From Thermodesulfobium acidiphilum (GTDB taxonomy: Bacteria; Thermodesulfobiota; Thermodesulfobiia; Thermodesulfobiales; Thermodesulfobiaceae), in contig NZ_CP020921.1 in assembly GCF_003057965.1 (NCBI RefSeq), forward strand, positions 794,916 to 858,915: DNA of 64,000 nt, given 5' to 3'. The position numbers and the translations under genes are program-made. Below, one piece after another: positions 40,482 to 50,574 of this stretch (within the stretch, counting starts at the first letter, position 1; the number at the start of each line of letters is the position of its first letter). Below the pieces are notes generated by a model. It did no database searches. It worked only from the letters and a program-made list of their open reading frames with translations, and was not told where the DNA came from.

Positions 40482-40827
40482 TCGTGATAAAGGAAACATA
40501 TACGAAAGTATTGCTTGTAACTACCTTATAGGTAATGGGTATATAGTTTGCGATAGAAATCTTTCAGCTGGAGTTGGCGAAATTGATATACTGGCAAAAA
40601 AGGACAATATATTGGTTTTGGTTGAGGTTAAGGGTAAAAGTTCGGAAAAATTTGGTCATCCTCTAGAGTTTATAACTAAAAATAAGTTGTTAAGAATTAA
40701 AAAAGCTTATAATCTTTTGCTCTCTCAAGGTATTTTGCCTGAACATGAGATAGTCAGAGTTGATTTAATATACTTTAAAGCTAATAGCGAATATGTACAT
40801 ATTATTGGAGATGATTGGATTTTATGA
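40474..40827 (+). CDS. yraN: YraN-family endonuclease
   Basis: GEIDIL…VEVK; located between rnhB and yifB/comM. Confidence 0.9.
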   Translation: MSNRDKGNIYESIACNYLIGNGYIVCDRNLSAGVGEIDILAKKDNILVLVEVKGKSSEKFGHPLEFITKNKLLRIKKAYNLLLSQGILPEHEIVRVDLIYFKANSEYVHIIGDDWIL

Positions 40828-42350
40828 TATCAAAGGTTAAAAGCGTTACCTTAAATGGACTTGATGCTTATTTGGTTGATATTGAAGTTAGTTTTACTAC
40901 TGGATATCCAGGTTTTACTATTGTAGGACTTCCTGATACTGTTATTCAGGAATCAAGAGAAAGAATTAAAACAGCACTCAAACATGTCTATAATGAAATA
41001 CCTGTTAAGAAGATTACAGTAAATCTTGCTCCTGCAGATTTAAGAAAAGAAGGCTCTTATTTAGACTTGCCTGTTGCAATTGGCATTCTAGAGGCAGCAG
41101 AAATAATTAGAAAGGTTTCTGAAAATATGGCATTTATTGGAGAACTAGGGCTCGACGGTCAGATTCGTGGCGTTTCAGGTGCTATTTCTTTAGCACTCGG
41201 AGCTAAAAAACTAGGCATTGAATCCTTAGTTCTTTCTGTAGAAAACGCACATGAATGTGCAATAGTCCCAGAAGTAAAAACTTATAGTTTTTCTAATCTT
41301 AATCAGGTTATAGAAGTCTTTAGAGGAGATGTTTCAATTGACAATTTTCTTACAAAAAGAGAATTAGAAGAAGAGATCGAGACAAATTTTGATATTGACT
41401 ATTCTGATGTAAAAGGGCAAGAAAGGGCAAAAAGGGCGATAACAATTTCTGCTGTAGGGAGACATAACATACTTTTGATGGGTCCTCCAGGTTCCGGAAA
41501 GTCTATGTTAATGAAAAGATTTCCCACAATTCTACCCCATCTTGATGATGAAGAGAGTATCGTAGTAACACAAATTTATAGTTTGATAGGGGAGATGAAG
41601 AATAGAAAAAGTCTTATAAGAAAAAGACCTTTTAGAAGTCCTCATCATTCAATTTCGCTCGCGGGTCTTACAGGTGGTGGATCGCCGCCTAAACCAGGGG
41701 AGATGAGTTTGGCTCATAGAGGAATACTGTTTTTAGATGAAATTCTTGAATTTAGAAAAGATTTGATTGAATCTCTCAGACAACCCTTAGAAGATGGGAA
41801 AATTACAATTAGCAGGGCTTCTTCCTCTTTAACCTTTCCTGCACAATTTTTGTTGGCTGCCTGTTCAAATCCATGTAAATGTGGTTATTTTAAAGATAGA
41901 TTTAATCCTTGCACTTGTACTCTAAGCGATATTAAGAAATATAGAAGTAAACTTTCAGGACCTATTAGAGACAGATTCGATATTATGCTTGAGGTTCCCA
42001 GACTTTCAAATGAAGAACTATTGGGAATGAAGCCTGGCAAAACTTCTGAAGAGATGAAAAATGAAATATTAAAAGCAAAAAAGTTTCAGTTGGCAAGAAC
42101 CAAAGGAGTCGTCAAAAATAATTCTGAACTTAGTCCGAAAGAAATAAAAAAATATATAATTTTGGATGATAAGGCAAAAAAACTTTTGGCTACTGCAATA
42201 GATAATCATCATTTTTCTGCTAGAGCATACGATAAAATCTTAAAACTTTCAAGAACCATAGCTGATTTAGATGAAGAAGAAATTGTTAAACCACAGCATA
42301 TAGCAGAGGCTATTTCTTTAAGAAACATAAAATGGGATCCATATGACTGA
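40824..42350 (+). CDS. comM: YifB/ComM Mg-chelatase-like AAA+ ATPase
   Basis: VGLPD, NLAPADLRKEG, GPPGSGKS, PFRSPHHS, SLAHRGILFLDE. Confidence 0.92.
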   Translation: MISKVKSVTLNGLDAYLVDIEVSFTTGYPGFTIVGLPDTVIQESRERIKTALKHVYNEIPVKKITVNLAPADLRKEGSYLDLPVAIGILEAAEIIRKVSENMAFIGELGLDGQIRGVSGAISLALGAKKLGIESLVLSVENAHECAIVPEVKTYSFSNLNQVIEVFRGDVSIDNFLTKRELEEEIETNFDIDYSDVKGQERAKRAITISAVGRHNILLMGPPGSGKSMLMKRFPTILPHLDDEESIVVTQIYSLIGEMKNRKSLIRKRPFRSPHHSISLAGLTGGGSPPKPGEMSLAHRGILFLDEILEFRKDLIESLRQPLEDGKITISRASSSLTFPAQFLLAACSNPCKCGYFKDRFNPCTCTLSDIKKYRSKLSGPIRDRFDIMLEVPRLSNEELLGMKPGKTSEEMKNEILKAKKFQLARTKGVVKNNSELSPKEIKKYIILDDKAKKLLATAIDNHHFSARAYDKILKLSRTIADLDEEEIVKPQHIAEAISLRNIKWDPYD

Positions 42351-43386
42351 TATAGAACTATGGTTGGCTCTTTCTATTTGTAAAATACCATTTAAGAAAA
42401 TTAGAGACAGATTAGAAGACACAGAATTCCTTGAATTTTTGGTTAAAGAATTTTGTGATAAAAGTAATCTTCTTAAACTAGATAAAAAGGTTAAATCAAC
42501 TATAGAATTTGCAGAAAAAAATAATGTTGAATTAATTCCGTATTTTTCAAAAAAATATCCTGATAACCTAAAGCATTTAAATGATCCCCCAATCTTACTC
42601 TATTGTAAAGGCAATGTAAATTTATTAAAAAGTGAAAAAATGCTATCAATAGTAGGTTCAAGAAGGGCAACTGCATATGGGAAATCTCAGGTAATAGAAT
42701 TTTCTAAGCAACTTTCAAGTTTTGGTTTTACAATTGTTTCTGGCTTGGCAAGAGGTATTGATGAGTATGCTCACAGATCTTGTTTGGAAGTAGGCGGTAA
42801 AACTATTGCAGTGCTTGGTAATGGCTTAGATATATTTTATCCTACTGAAAATAGAGAACTTCAAATTGAAATATCAGAAATGGGACTATTGGTTAGCGAA
42901 TATTCCTTTAAAGAAGGACCAACACCTTATTCTTTTCCTAAAAGGAATAGAATTATTGCAGCTCTTTCTAAAGGCACATTGGTTGTTGAAGCAGAGAAAA
43001 AGAGCGGTGCACTTTTGACTGCAGGTTTTTCTTTAGATCTTGGAAGAGATATATTTTCTCTTCCTGGTCCTGTAAATTCTCCAAAAAGTTTTGGGACTAA
43101 CACTCTTATCAGAAACGGTGCTATTTTGGTAAGGTCTTTCGAAGATATATTGGATGAGTTTGGATATACAATTGTAAAGGAAAACTATAAACTTGAACAA
43201 CTTGAAATTCTAACACCCTATGAAGAGCGAGTTTTATCGTGTTTAAATTCTATTAGTTATACGCCCTTTGAGTTAATTTCTTCTAAAATTGAAGATTTAG
43301 AACCTCAAGATTTGATACTCATACTAACAGAGCTTGCACTTAAAAATAAAATTGTAGAGTTTGGGGGAAGTTACAAAATTCTATGA
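42343..43386 (+). CDS. dprA: DNA-protecting protein DprA
   Basis: IVGSR, VSGLARGID, FPKRNRII, SGALLTA. Confidence 0.96.
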   Translation: MTDIELWLALSICKIPFKKIRDRLEDTEFLEFLVKEFCDKSNLLKLDKKVKSTIEFAEKNNVELIPYFSKKYPDNLKHLNDPPILLYCKGNVNLLKSEKMLSIVGSRRATAYGKSQVIEFSKQLSSFGFTIVSGLARGIDEYAHRSCLEVGGKTIAVLGNGLDIFYPTENRELQIEISEMGLLVSEYSFKEGPTPYSFPKRNRIIAALSKGTLVVEAEKKSGALLTAGFSLDLGRDIFSLPGPVNSPKSFGTNTLIRNGAILVRSFEDILDEFGYTIVKENYKLEQLEILTPYEERVLSCLNSISYTPFELISSKIEDLEPQDLILILTELALKNKIVEFGGSYKIL

Positions 43387-46300
43387 AGAATCTTAAGAAT
43401 AATTCTTTAATATTTTTATCGTTTGTAATTACAATTTTTATAATTCTTTTTATCGCATTATTATTAAATAAAAAGAATAACATTATTTATTCAGGAAATT
43501 GGTTACAATCTGGTTACGACCAGGCTGGTACAAGATATTCTAATGTAAACATTCCTCTCCATCCTAAAGCAAAGTGGATTTATAATGCTAAGGGTTGGAT
43601 CGTTGGCAGCCCTGCCGTAAAGGATAGCTTTGTTTATGTAAATGTTTTAGGGGGGGAACTTCTTAAATTAGACTTAAACGATGGTAATTTAGTTTGGTCT
43701 ATGGGTGAAGGTGGATTTAGTTCTGTGGCCCTAGAACATGATAGGGTTTATGCTGGAATGGTTGGTAAATATGGGCTTTCATCTATTGATCCAAATAACG
43801 GAAATGTATATTTTTCAAATCCCTTATGGAGAGGGATTCGTTCTAGTCCCGTTATAGATAGCAACATGGTATTTATAACGTCGCTGGACGGAAACATATA
43901 TTCATATAATTCAATTAGCGGGAAGAAAATTTGGTCAAGATTTTTAGGAGAACATGAAATGGCTACCCCAGCTGTTTCGCAGGGTAGAGTAGTTGTAGGT
44001 AGTGAAAATAAAACTCTATACTGTTTATCTGAAAAAAATGGCGAGATTTTATGGAAAATAAAATTATCAAATATTATTAGGGCAGATCCTGCTATTTTTG
44101 ATAATAAAATTTATATTGGTGATTTTTCGGGCAACTTTTATTGTATTGATCTTCAAAACGGAAAAATTTTGTGGACTTATAAAACTGGTGATGCAATTCT
44201 TAATTCTGCTGCAGTTACTCCTGATGGAAATATTTATTTTCCCTCTTGTGACGGCTACATATACGCAGTAAACCCTTATGGCAAACTACTTTGGAAGTTT
44301 AAAACTAATAGCTATCCATCTTCCTCTGTTACTGCTACTAAAGATAGTATATTGTTTGGTACATATGATGGTGGGATTTATGCATTAGATATAACTGATG
44401 GCAAACTGATTTGGAGACTGTATGCAGGTGGGCCAATTAGATCGAACGTTGTTCCAATAAACAACATGATCATTGCAGGTTCTGATGATGGTAAGGTTTA
44501 TGCTTTTACTGATAATGGAACCCTTCCTGCGGACAAAAAAATAGTATCTTATACTCAAGATAAAGCCACATTTGCTAAATTAGAAAACGATAAGGTGATT
44601 ATTCCTTCTGAAGATCTCAAGTGTTCTGCCAAGGTTGATGTCTTAATTTTTGGTGGTTCTATTAGTGCTCTTACAGTGGCAAAGCAGATTAAGGATTCTG
44701 GAAAAAGCGTAATGATAATTGACAGTGCCCCCTTCCTTGGTGGTAGGTTTACCCAGGGTTTCTCTCCTTTGCAATATTCTGAGCTTACTAAAACTTTTGG
44801 AAATTTTATAAAGCATGTTCAAAATACTTACTATAAAAATGTTTCAGATGACAAGTATGTTGATACAGAAATATTAAAATTTGCTCTTGATAAGTTTGCT
44901 AGAGAAAACAAGATCCCGGTTTTATTTCACTCTTATCCTTTAAACGTGTTTAGTAAAGATGGTTATAAATATACATTATTTATCTCTAAGGGTGGTCATC
45001 AGATAATACGTTCAAAAGTTGTAATAGATGCATCTAATAATTCTCTTCTTTTAGGAACAGCAGATCCTTCAATTTTAAATTTTGATAGAGCAGTTCTGAA
45101 CTTTTCTGTAATAAATTCTAATTATAAAAACACTAACACTGCTTTTAATAATCAAAAAGTTTTATCTTTTAGTTTGGGAAAACCGATAAAAAATTCTAGC
45201 GAATATATTGACACTGAAGAATATCTAAGAAACATGTATGCAAACTATATCCTTTCAAATCATACATTTATACCAGGAGTATCTCCTATAAGTTTAGTTT
45301 TGAAAAGACCTAATAATGAATTTAAGGAAGTTAATAGTGATGAATTTTTATTGCCTGATAATCCATATACTCCTGAAAGGGATATAGAAAAAATTCTAAC
45401 TTCACTAAAAGATACAGAAGCCAACAACCCCGAAAATACTTTTCATGTAAATCAGGAAGAGATTCGTATTTTAAAAAAATATGATGTGGTTATTGTTGGT
45501 GGAGGGCCTAGTGGTTTTGCTGCATCAATTATGGCTGCTAGAATGGGCATGAAGGTAGCTCTTATAGAACAATATCCATTTTTTGGTGGAATGGGTACTG
45601 CAGGAGGGGTTAGTTATTTTGAACCTGGTTCTGTTGGAGTAATTTTTAAAGAAGTGAGAACAAAGCTTTATGGATCAAAAAATTTGCCAAATGTAGGTAG
45701 ACTTTTTGATACTGAGATTGCTAAATCAATTTATCAGAATATGGTTCATAATGAAAAAAATATTACAGTTTATTTTGACTCTTTTGCTCTAATGCCTGTG
45801 ATGGATTCAAAGAAGGTACTTGGGGTGGTAATTAAAAGACCATACGACTGTGTGGCTATTTTGGGAAAAAGAGTAATTGATGCAACGGGTGATGGTGATA
45901 TTGCTGCTAAAGCAGGTGTTCAATACGTTTTTGGCAGAACATGGGATCATAAAATTATGCCATTAACGACAATGTTTACAATGTATCCAACAGGTCCAAA
46001 AAGAGAAAAGGGAGTATGGGTGCTTTCAAATGGGAAAGTTTTAGTAAATGAAACTAGAGTATATGCAAATCCACTTAACATTGACAAGTTTTCTAATGCA
46101 GAAATGATTGGTAGAGAACAAATGTGGGATATTTTTTCTAATATTGAGAAAAGATATAATTATAGGATTTTATCTTCAGGTCCTCAAATTGGAGTTAGGG
46201 AATCAAGACATTTCCTTGGTGAATATACACTTCAAGAGAAAGATATTCTGGTAGGAAGACACTTTTATGATGGTATTGCGTTATGCTTTTATGGAGTTGA

Positions 46301-46595
46301 TATCCATAATCCATACGGAGGACCAGGAGGTTTTCAATTACCGATTATTCCTTATGAAATACCTTTAAGAACTTTGATTCCTCAAGGAGTTGATAATCTG
46401 ATAATTGTTGGAAGAACTATTAGCGCACAGCCACTTGCAATGGCATCATTTAGAGTGCAATCAACTATGATGAGCGTTGGTGAAGCCGGTGGCCTTTTGG
46501 CTGCAGAGTCGATAAGATCAGACTTACCTGTAAAAGATGTAGATGGAGCAAAGATTAAACATATCCTAAGAAACATGGGGGTATATCTTCCATAG
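43383..46595 (+). CDS. Membrane-anchored fusion: PQQ-type beta-propeller + degenerate FAD domain + FAD-dependent oxidoreductase (PF12831-like)
   Basis: N-terminal TM; repeated GxxxW/SSP propeller blades aa ~38-376; VDVLIFGG…FLGG from aa 417; YDVVIVGGGPSG, IDATGDGD, RESR, YEIPLRTL, GRTIS from aa 700. Confidence 0.85.
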   Translation: MKNLKNNSLIFLSFVITIFIILFIALLLNKKNNIIYSGNWLQSGYDQAGTRYSNVNIPLHPKAKWIYNAKGWIVGSPAVKDSFVYVNVLGGELLKLDLNDGNLVWSMGEGGFSSVALEHDRVYAGMVGKYGLSSIDPNNGNVYFSNPLWRGIRSSPVIDSNMVFITSLDGNIYSYNSISGKKIWSRFLGEHEMATPAVSQGRVVVGSENKTLYCLSEKNGEILWKIKLSNIIRADPAIFDNKIYIGDFSGNFYCIDLQNGKILWTYKTGDAILNSAAVTPDGNIYFPSCDGYIYAVNPYGKLLWKFKTNSYPSSSVTATKDSILFGTYDGGIYALDITDGKLIWRLYAGGPIRSNVVPINNMIIAGSDDGKVYAFTDNGTLPADKKIVSYTQDKATFAKLENDKVIIPSEDLKCSAKVDVLIFGGSISALTVAKQIKDSGKSVMIIDSAPFLGGRFTQGFSPLQYSELTKTFGNFIKHVQNTYYKNVSDDKYVDTEILKFALDKFARENKIPVLFHSYPLNVFSKDGYKYTLFISKGGHQIIRSKVVIDASNNSLLLGTADPSILNFDRAVLNFSVINSNYKNTNTAFNNQKVLSFSLGKPIKNSSEYIDTEEYLRNMYANYILSNHTFIPGVSPISLVLKRPNNEFKEVNSDEFLLPDNPYTPERDIEKILTSLKDTEANNPENTFHVNQEEIRILKKYDVVIVGGGPSGFAASIMAARMGMKVALIEQYPFFGGMGTAGGVSYFEPGSVGVIFKEVRTKLYGSKNLPNVGRLFDTEIAKSIYQNMVHNEKNITVYFDSFALMPVMDSKKVLGVVIKRPYDCVAILGKRVIDATGDGDIAAKAGVQYVFGRTWDHKIMPLTTMFTMYPTGPKREKGVWVLSNGKVLVNETRVYANPLNIDKFSNAEMIGREQMWDIFSNIEKRYNYRILSSGPQIGVRESRHFLGEYTLQEKDILVGRHFYDGIALCFYGVDIHNPYGGPGGFQLPIIPYEIPLRTLIPQGVDNLIIVGRTISAQPLAMASFRVQSTMMSVGEAGGLLAAESIRSDLPVKDVDGAKIKHILRNMGVYLP

Positions 46596-46656
46596 AATAT
46601 GTTAATATTATCAATGTATGACGTTAAAAATATTAAGTGAAACGGAGATAATATAA

Positions 46657-47034
46657 ATGTATACTCTTATAGTTGAAGATAGTTTTTCTTCTGCTCATTT
46701 TTTAACCAATAATGGAGAAATTGAATTTGAGCCTCTTCATGGACATACATTTAAAGTAAGTGTTGAAATTTCTGGTAATACGCTTGATGATTTTGGAATG
46801 TTAATTGATTTTAGAATTATAAAAAAGAAGTTGAAAGAGATTTTAGATATTTTTGATCATAAACTTTTGAACGATGTTGTAAAGTTTAGCCCAACTTCAG
46901 AAAATTTGTCAAAGTATATATTTGATGAGTTTGAAAAATTTTTAGAAAATTATAAAGGAATAATTGTTAGCTCTGTTACAGTTTGGGAATCACAAACAAC
47001 TTGTGCAAAATATAAAAAAGAGGTGTCTAGATGA
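46657..47034 (+). CDS. 6-pyruvoyl-tetrahydropterin synthase family protein with PTPS-III-type motif
   Basis: FSSAH, EPLHGH (no Cys), DH, PTSENL, VWES. Confidence 0.88.
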   Translation: MYTLIVEDSFSSAHFLTNNGEIEFEPLHGHTFKVSVEISGNTLDDFGMLIDFRIIKKKLKEILDIFDHKLLNDVVKFSPTSENLSKYIFDEFEKFLENYKGIIVSSVTVWESQTTCAKYKKEVSR

Positions 47035-47960
47035 ATAGAAAATCTTTTTTAGACTTAACAGTCTTTGACAACCATTCTTTGAAAGAAATTATAAAACTTT
47101 CAGATAAACTTTCTACAACTAGGTTTTTACTTGGTGATGTTTTAAAACAAAAAGTCATAGCTTTAATTTTTTTAAAGCACTCTACCAGAACAAGAGTCTC
47201 TTTTGAAGTTGCTATTAGAGACCTTGGTGGAAGCACTATTTTTCTTGGTAGAGATGAGCTTCAAATAGGAAGGGGTGAACCCATAAAGGATACCGCTAGA
47301 GTGCTAAGTGGTTATGTTCATGGTATAATTGCAAGGCTTTATAGTCACGATTCTTTAATAGAACTAGCAAATTATTCGACTATCCCTATTATTAATGCTT
47401 TAACTGATTATAATCATCCTGTTCAGATACTTGCAGATCTGCTCACAGTTTATCAGGAATTTAAAACCTTAAATGTAAAATGGGCTTATGTTGGAGATGG
47501 AAACAATATAGCAAGGTCTTTAGTGGAAGCTGCTAGTATAATTGGTTTTGAGTTGTGTATAGCATCTCCACAAGGGTATGAGCTTGAAAAAGAATTTAAA
47601 GAAAAGTATAGAAATTTTGATTTTATTAAATTTACAAACGATCCTGTTTTATCTGTAAAAGGAGCATCGGTAGTATATACTGACACCTGGATTAGCATGG
47701 GTCAAGAAGCGGAAAAGGAAAAAAGAATATCTGATTTCAAAAGGTTTATTGTTAATAAAGAACTTTTCTCTCATGCAAGAGAAGATGCTATATTTTTGCA
47801 CTGTTTGCCTGCTTATAGGGGGCTTGAGGTTAGTGAAGATGTTTTAGAGGGAGAAAGATCGAGAGTTTTTAAACAAGCTCACAACAGATTGCATAGCGAA
47901 AAGGCTCTTTTGTGGTCTATATATAGTGGTTATTTATCTGATAAAATTTTGTTAAAGTAA
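47031..47960 (+). CDS. argF: Ornithine carbamoyltransferase
   Basis: STRTRVSFE, HPVQILAD, DTWISMG, HCLP. Confidence 0.96.
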   Translation: MNRKSFLDLTVFDNHSLKEIIKLSDKLSTTRFLLGDVLKQKVIALIFLKHSTRTRVSFEVAIRDLGGSTIFLGRDELQIGRGEPIKDTARVLSGYVHGIIARLYSHDSLIELANYSTIPIINALTDYNHPVQILADLLTVYQEFKTLNVKWAYVGDGNNIARSLVEAASIIGFELCIASPQGYELEKEFKEKYRNFDFIKFTNDPVLSVKGASVVYTDTWISMGQEAEKEKRISDFKRFIVNKELFSHAREDAIFLHCLPAYRGLEVSEDVLEGERSRVFKQAHNRLHSEKALLWSIYSGYLSDKILLK

Positions 47961-47983
47961 ACTATTCTGGAGGTTATTAACTC

Positions 47984-48661
47984 ATGAGATCTTTAGTTAT
48001 TTTGCTCTTGTTTTTAAGCTTATTAATTCCGGGTAACCTTGCTTTTGCTGAAAAGAATTTAAAGACTGAAGTGGATTTAAAAAAAGAACAAAATGCTCCT
48101 GATGTATTCAGCAAACTTGAGGATGTGCCCGATATGACTTTTAAAATTAGCTTTGATTCGTTTAAATACAAAAAAGCAAAATCGGCAGACATTTATCTTA
48201 AACCTGGAAAAATTCTAATAAGCTTTAATGGTCCTTTGTTTTTAGGACAACAAACTCAAATTCTTGCACTTAGTAAGGATAGGTCGGTATACTTTATGCT
48301 ACCAGTTTTACAAAGAGCTATAAGGTTTGAAGCAGACAAATTCCCAAAATATACCAAAGAGCTAAATGAATTTTTTATACTTCCTACTTATGGTGAACAA
48401 GTAATGAAAGACGACAATTTTAAGAAGATTGGTGAAGAGGAAGTAGAAGGAGAGACTTGCTATGAAATGCAGAAAAAGATTGAAGGCAAAGAGCTTACTG
48501 TGTGGGTTGGCAAGTGGACACATTTTATTAGAAAAGCGGATTTGACTTCTTCTAAAGGAACTACTCATATTACAATAACTGATTTAGTTTGGGGATTTCC
48601 TGTCTCTGACGACTACTTTAAAATTCCATCTAACATGGTAGTTTATGACTGGAAGAAATAG
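47984..48661 (+). CDS. Exported protein, LolA-like/DUF4412-like fold
   Basis: Signal peptide ending AFA; IGEEEVEGETC…VWV…F.IP pattern typical of the LolA-like clan. Confidence 0.6.
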   Translation: MRSLVILLLFLSLLIPGNLAFAEKNLKTEVDLKKEQNAPDVFSKLEDVPDMTFKISFDSFKYKKAKSADIYLKPGKILISFNGPLFLGQQTQILALSKDRSVYFMLPVLQRAIRFEADKFPKYTKELNEFFILPTYGEQVMKDDNFKKIGEEEVEGETCYEMQKKIEGKELTVWVGKWTHFIRKADLTSSKGTTHITITDLVWGFPVSDDYFKIPSNMVVYDWKK

Positions 48662-48667
48662 AATAAA

Positions 48668-49288
48668 ATGTACTTTCCTTTCTTAATAAACTTAGATGGC
48701 AAAGCTATATTAGTTGTTGGCGGTGGAAAAGTGGCCTACAGGAAAGTTTTGCTATTCAAAAAATTCTCTAATGATATTACTATTATTGCGCCTGAATTAT
48801 GTTCTGAGTTGGAGGAAGAAATTAAAAAGAGCAATTTTGTTTACTTAAAAAAATATTTTGAAAATGGTGATACTTTTAAATTTGATGTAATTATAGCCGC
48901 AACAAATAGCAGAGATGTGAATAGATTAATTTATTTAGAATCAAAAAAAAATAATAAACTTATAAATGTAGTAGATGATCCTGAACTTTGTGCTTTTATA
49001 GTGCCATCTATAATATCTTATGAAAATTTTTTAATTGCTTTTTCTACATTTGGAAAGGCTCCATCGTTATCAAGGGTATTCAGAGAGGAACTTGAAAGGG
49101 ATTTCGATTCTAGTTTTAATAGTATTATTGGATACTTAGAATCTTTAAGAGAAAGTATTAAGAATAAAAATTATCTGCCGAAAGAAAGAGAAAAAATTTT
49201 ATTAGATTGTTCCCGTAAAGCATTTAAGTATTTTAGAAGAGGTAAAAGCCTTTCAGAAATTAAGGCGATGATTGAAAGTTGCAATTAA
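48668..49288 (+). CDS. Precorrin-2 dehydrogenase/sirohydrochlorin ferrochelatase (SirC/Met8/CysG-N)
   Basis: YFP, LVVGGGKVAYRK, NVVDDPELCAFIVPS, STFGKAP. Confidence 0.92.
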   Translation: MYFPFLINLDGKAILVVGGGKVAYRKVLLFKKFSNDITIIAPELCSELEEEIKKSNFVYLKKYFENGDTFKFDVIIAATNSRDVNRLIYLESKKNNKLINVVDDPELCAFIVPSIISYENFLIAFSTFGKAPSLSRVFREELERDFDSSFNSIIGYLESLRESIKNKNYLPKEREKILLDCSRKAFKYFRRGKSLSEIKAMIESCN

Positions 49289-50574
49289 GATTGTTGGGCC
49301 TTAACTATAAGAGCGCAACGGTAGATATTAGAGAAAAAATCTCTTTTCCAGGTCACAATGATTTGATTTCAGGTTTGAAAATTCTTTTTTCTATTGTTGA
49401 ACCTGACGAAGCAATCATTATTTCTACATGTAATCGAACTGAAGTTATATGTGTAAATCCGAAAAAAGATATAATAGAATTTTTCTCCTATATTGCGAAT
49501 ATTCCCAAAGAGTCTATGAAAAAATTTACTTACTATTTTGAAGATATTCAAGTTGCTAAGCATTTGTTTATTGTAGCATCCAGTCTTGATTCTTTAGTAG
49601 TTGGTGAAAGTCAGATCTTATCTCAGATTAAAGATGCTCAAGAAATTGCGAGCACAAATAAGTTTAGTAGTTTGATATTAAATCATTTGATCTCTCAAGC
49701 TATAAGAGTTGGGAAACGAGTGAGAACAGAAACTCAAATAGGAAAGGGTAATTTGAGCGTTGCAACTGTTGCTATTGATCTTGCAAATTCAATCTTTGGA
49801 TCCATTGAAAAAAAGAAAATTTTGGTAGTTGGTGCTGGCAAAATGTCAAAACTTTTTTTAAAAACTTTGAAAAATCATGGCGTTTCAAATATATTTATTA
49901 GCAATAGAAGTAAAGAAAAGGGGATTGAAATTTCAAGCGAATTTAACGCTAAATTTTTGGAATTCGAAAGAAGATTTGAAATATTAAATGAAGTTGATAT
50001 TGTTCTTACTTCTACGGGTTCTTGTGATTATATCTTCCCTTTTGAGTTGGTTAAAAAAAGTACAAGTAAAAGAACTGAGTCTTTATTTATGATTGACATT
50101 GCTATTCCCAGAGATATAGATCCAAAAATTAATAGCTTAGAAAACGTTTTTTTGTATAATATTGACGATTTAACTAGAATTGTTGAAAAAAATAGAAGCA
50201 AAAGGTTGAAGGAAATACCTAGGGTAGAAGAGATAATCGAAGAAGAACTAAAAATATTTAATCATTGGTGCTATCTTAATAAAATTATTCCTACTATTTC
50301 AAGAATTAGAATAGCTGCAGAAAAAATTAGAAAAGCTGAAGTAGAAAAGACTCTTTCTAAGTTGAATAGCAAACTTTCAGAAAAAGAAGTTGAACAAATA
50401 GACGCTATGACTAAAGCTATAGTGAAAAAGATATTACACAATCCAACTGTTCAATTAAAGCGACATATTAATGATAATAATTTGGAGAACATAATTAATA
50501 TAACTGAACTTTTATTTAACTTAGATTCTGATTTATTATTGCCAGATTTTGGTAAACATAAGGAGTTAAAATGA
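49279..50574 (+). CDS. hemA: Glutamyl-tRNA reductase
   Basis: STCNRTE, LDSLVVGESQILSQ, GAGKM, DIAIPRDID. Confidence 0.96.
   Translation: MQLRLLGLNYKSATVDIREKISFPGHNDLISGLKILFSIVEPDEAIIISTCNRTEVICVNPKKDIIEFFSYIANIPKESMKKFTYYFEDIQVAKHLFIVASSLDSLVVGESQILSQIKDAQEIASTNKFSSLILNHLISQAIRVGKRVRTETQIGKGNLSVATVAIDLANSIFGSIEKKKILVVGAGKMSKLFLKTLKNHGVSNIFISNRSKEKGIEISSEFNAKFLEFERRFEILNEVDIVLTSTGSCDYIFPFELVKKSTSKRTESLFMIDIAIPRDIDPKINSLENVFLYNIDDLTRIVEKNRSKRLKEIPRVEEIIEEELKIFNHWCYLNKIIPTISRIRIAAEKIRKAEVEKTLSKLNSKLSEKEVEQIDAMTKAIVKKILHNPTVQLKRHINDNNLENIINITELLFNLDSDLLLPDFGKHKELK

Noticed and set aside
46596-46656. preQ1 riboswitch upstream of the PTPS gene
   Set aside because: No recognisable preQ1 stem-loop, and the protein motif points away from queuosine synthesis.
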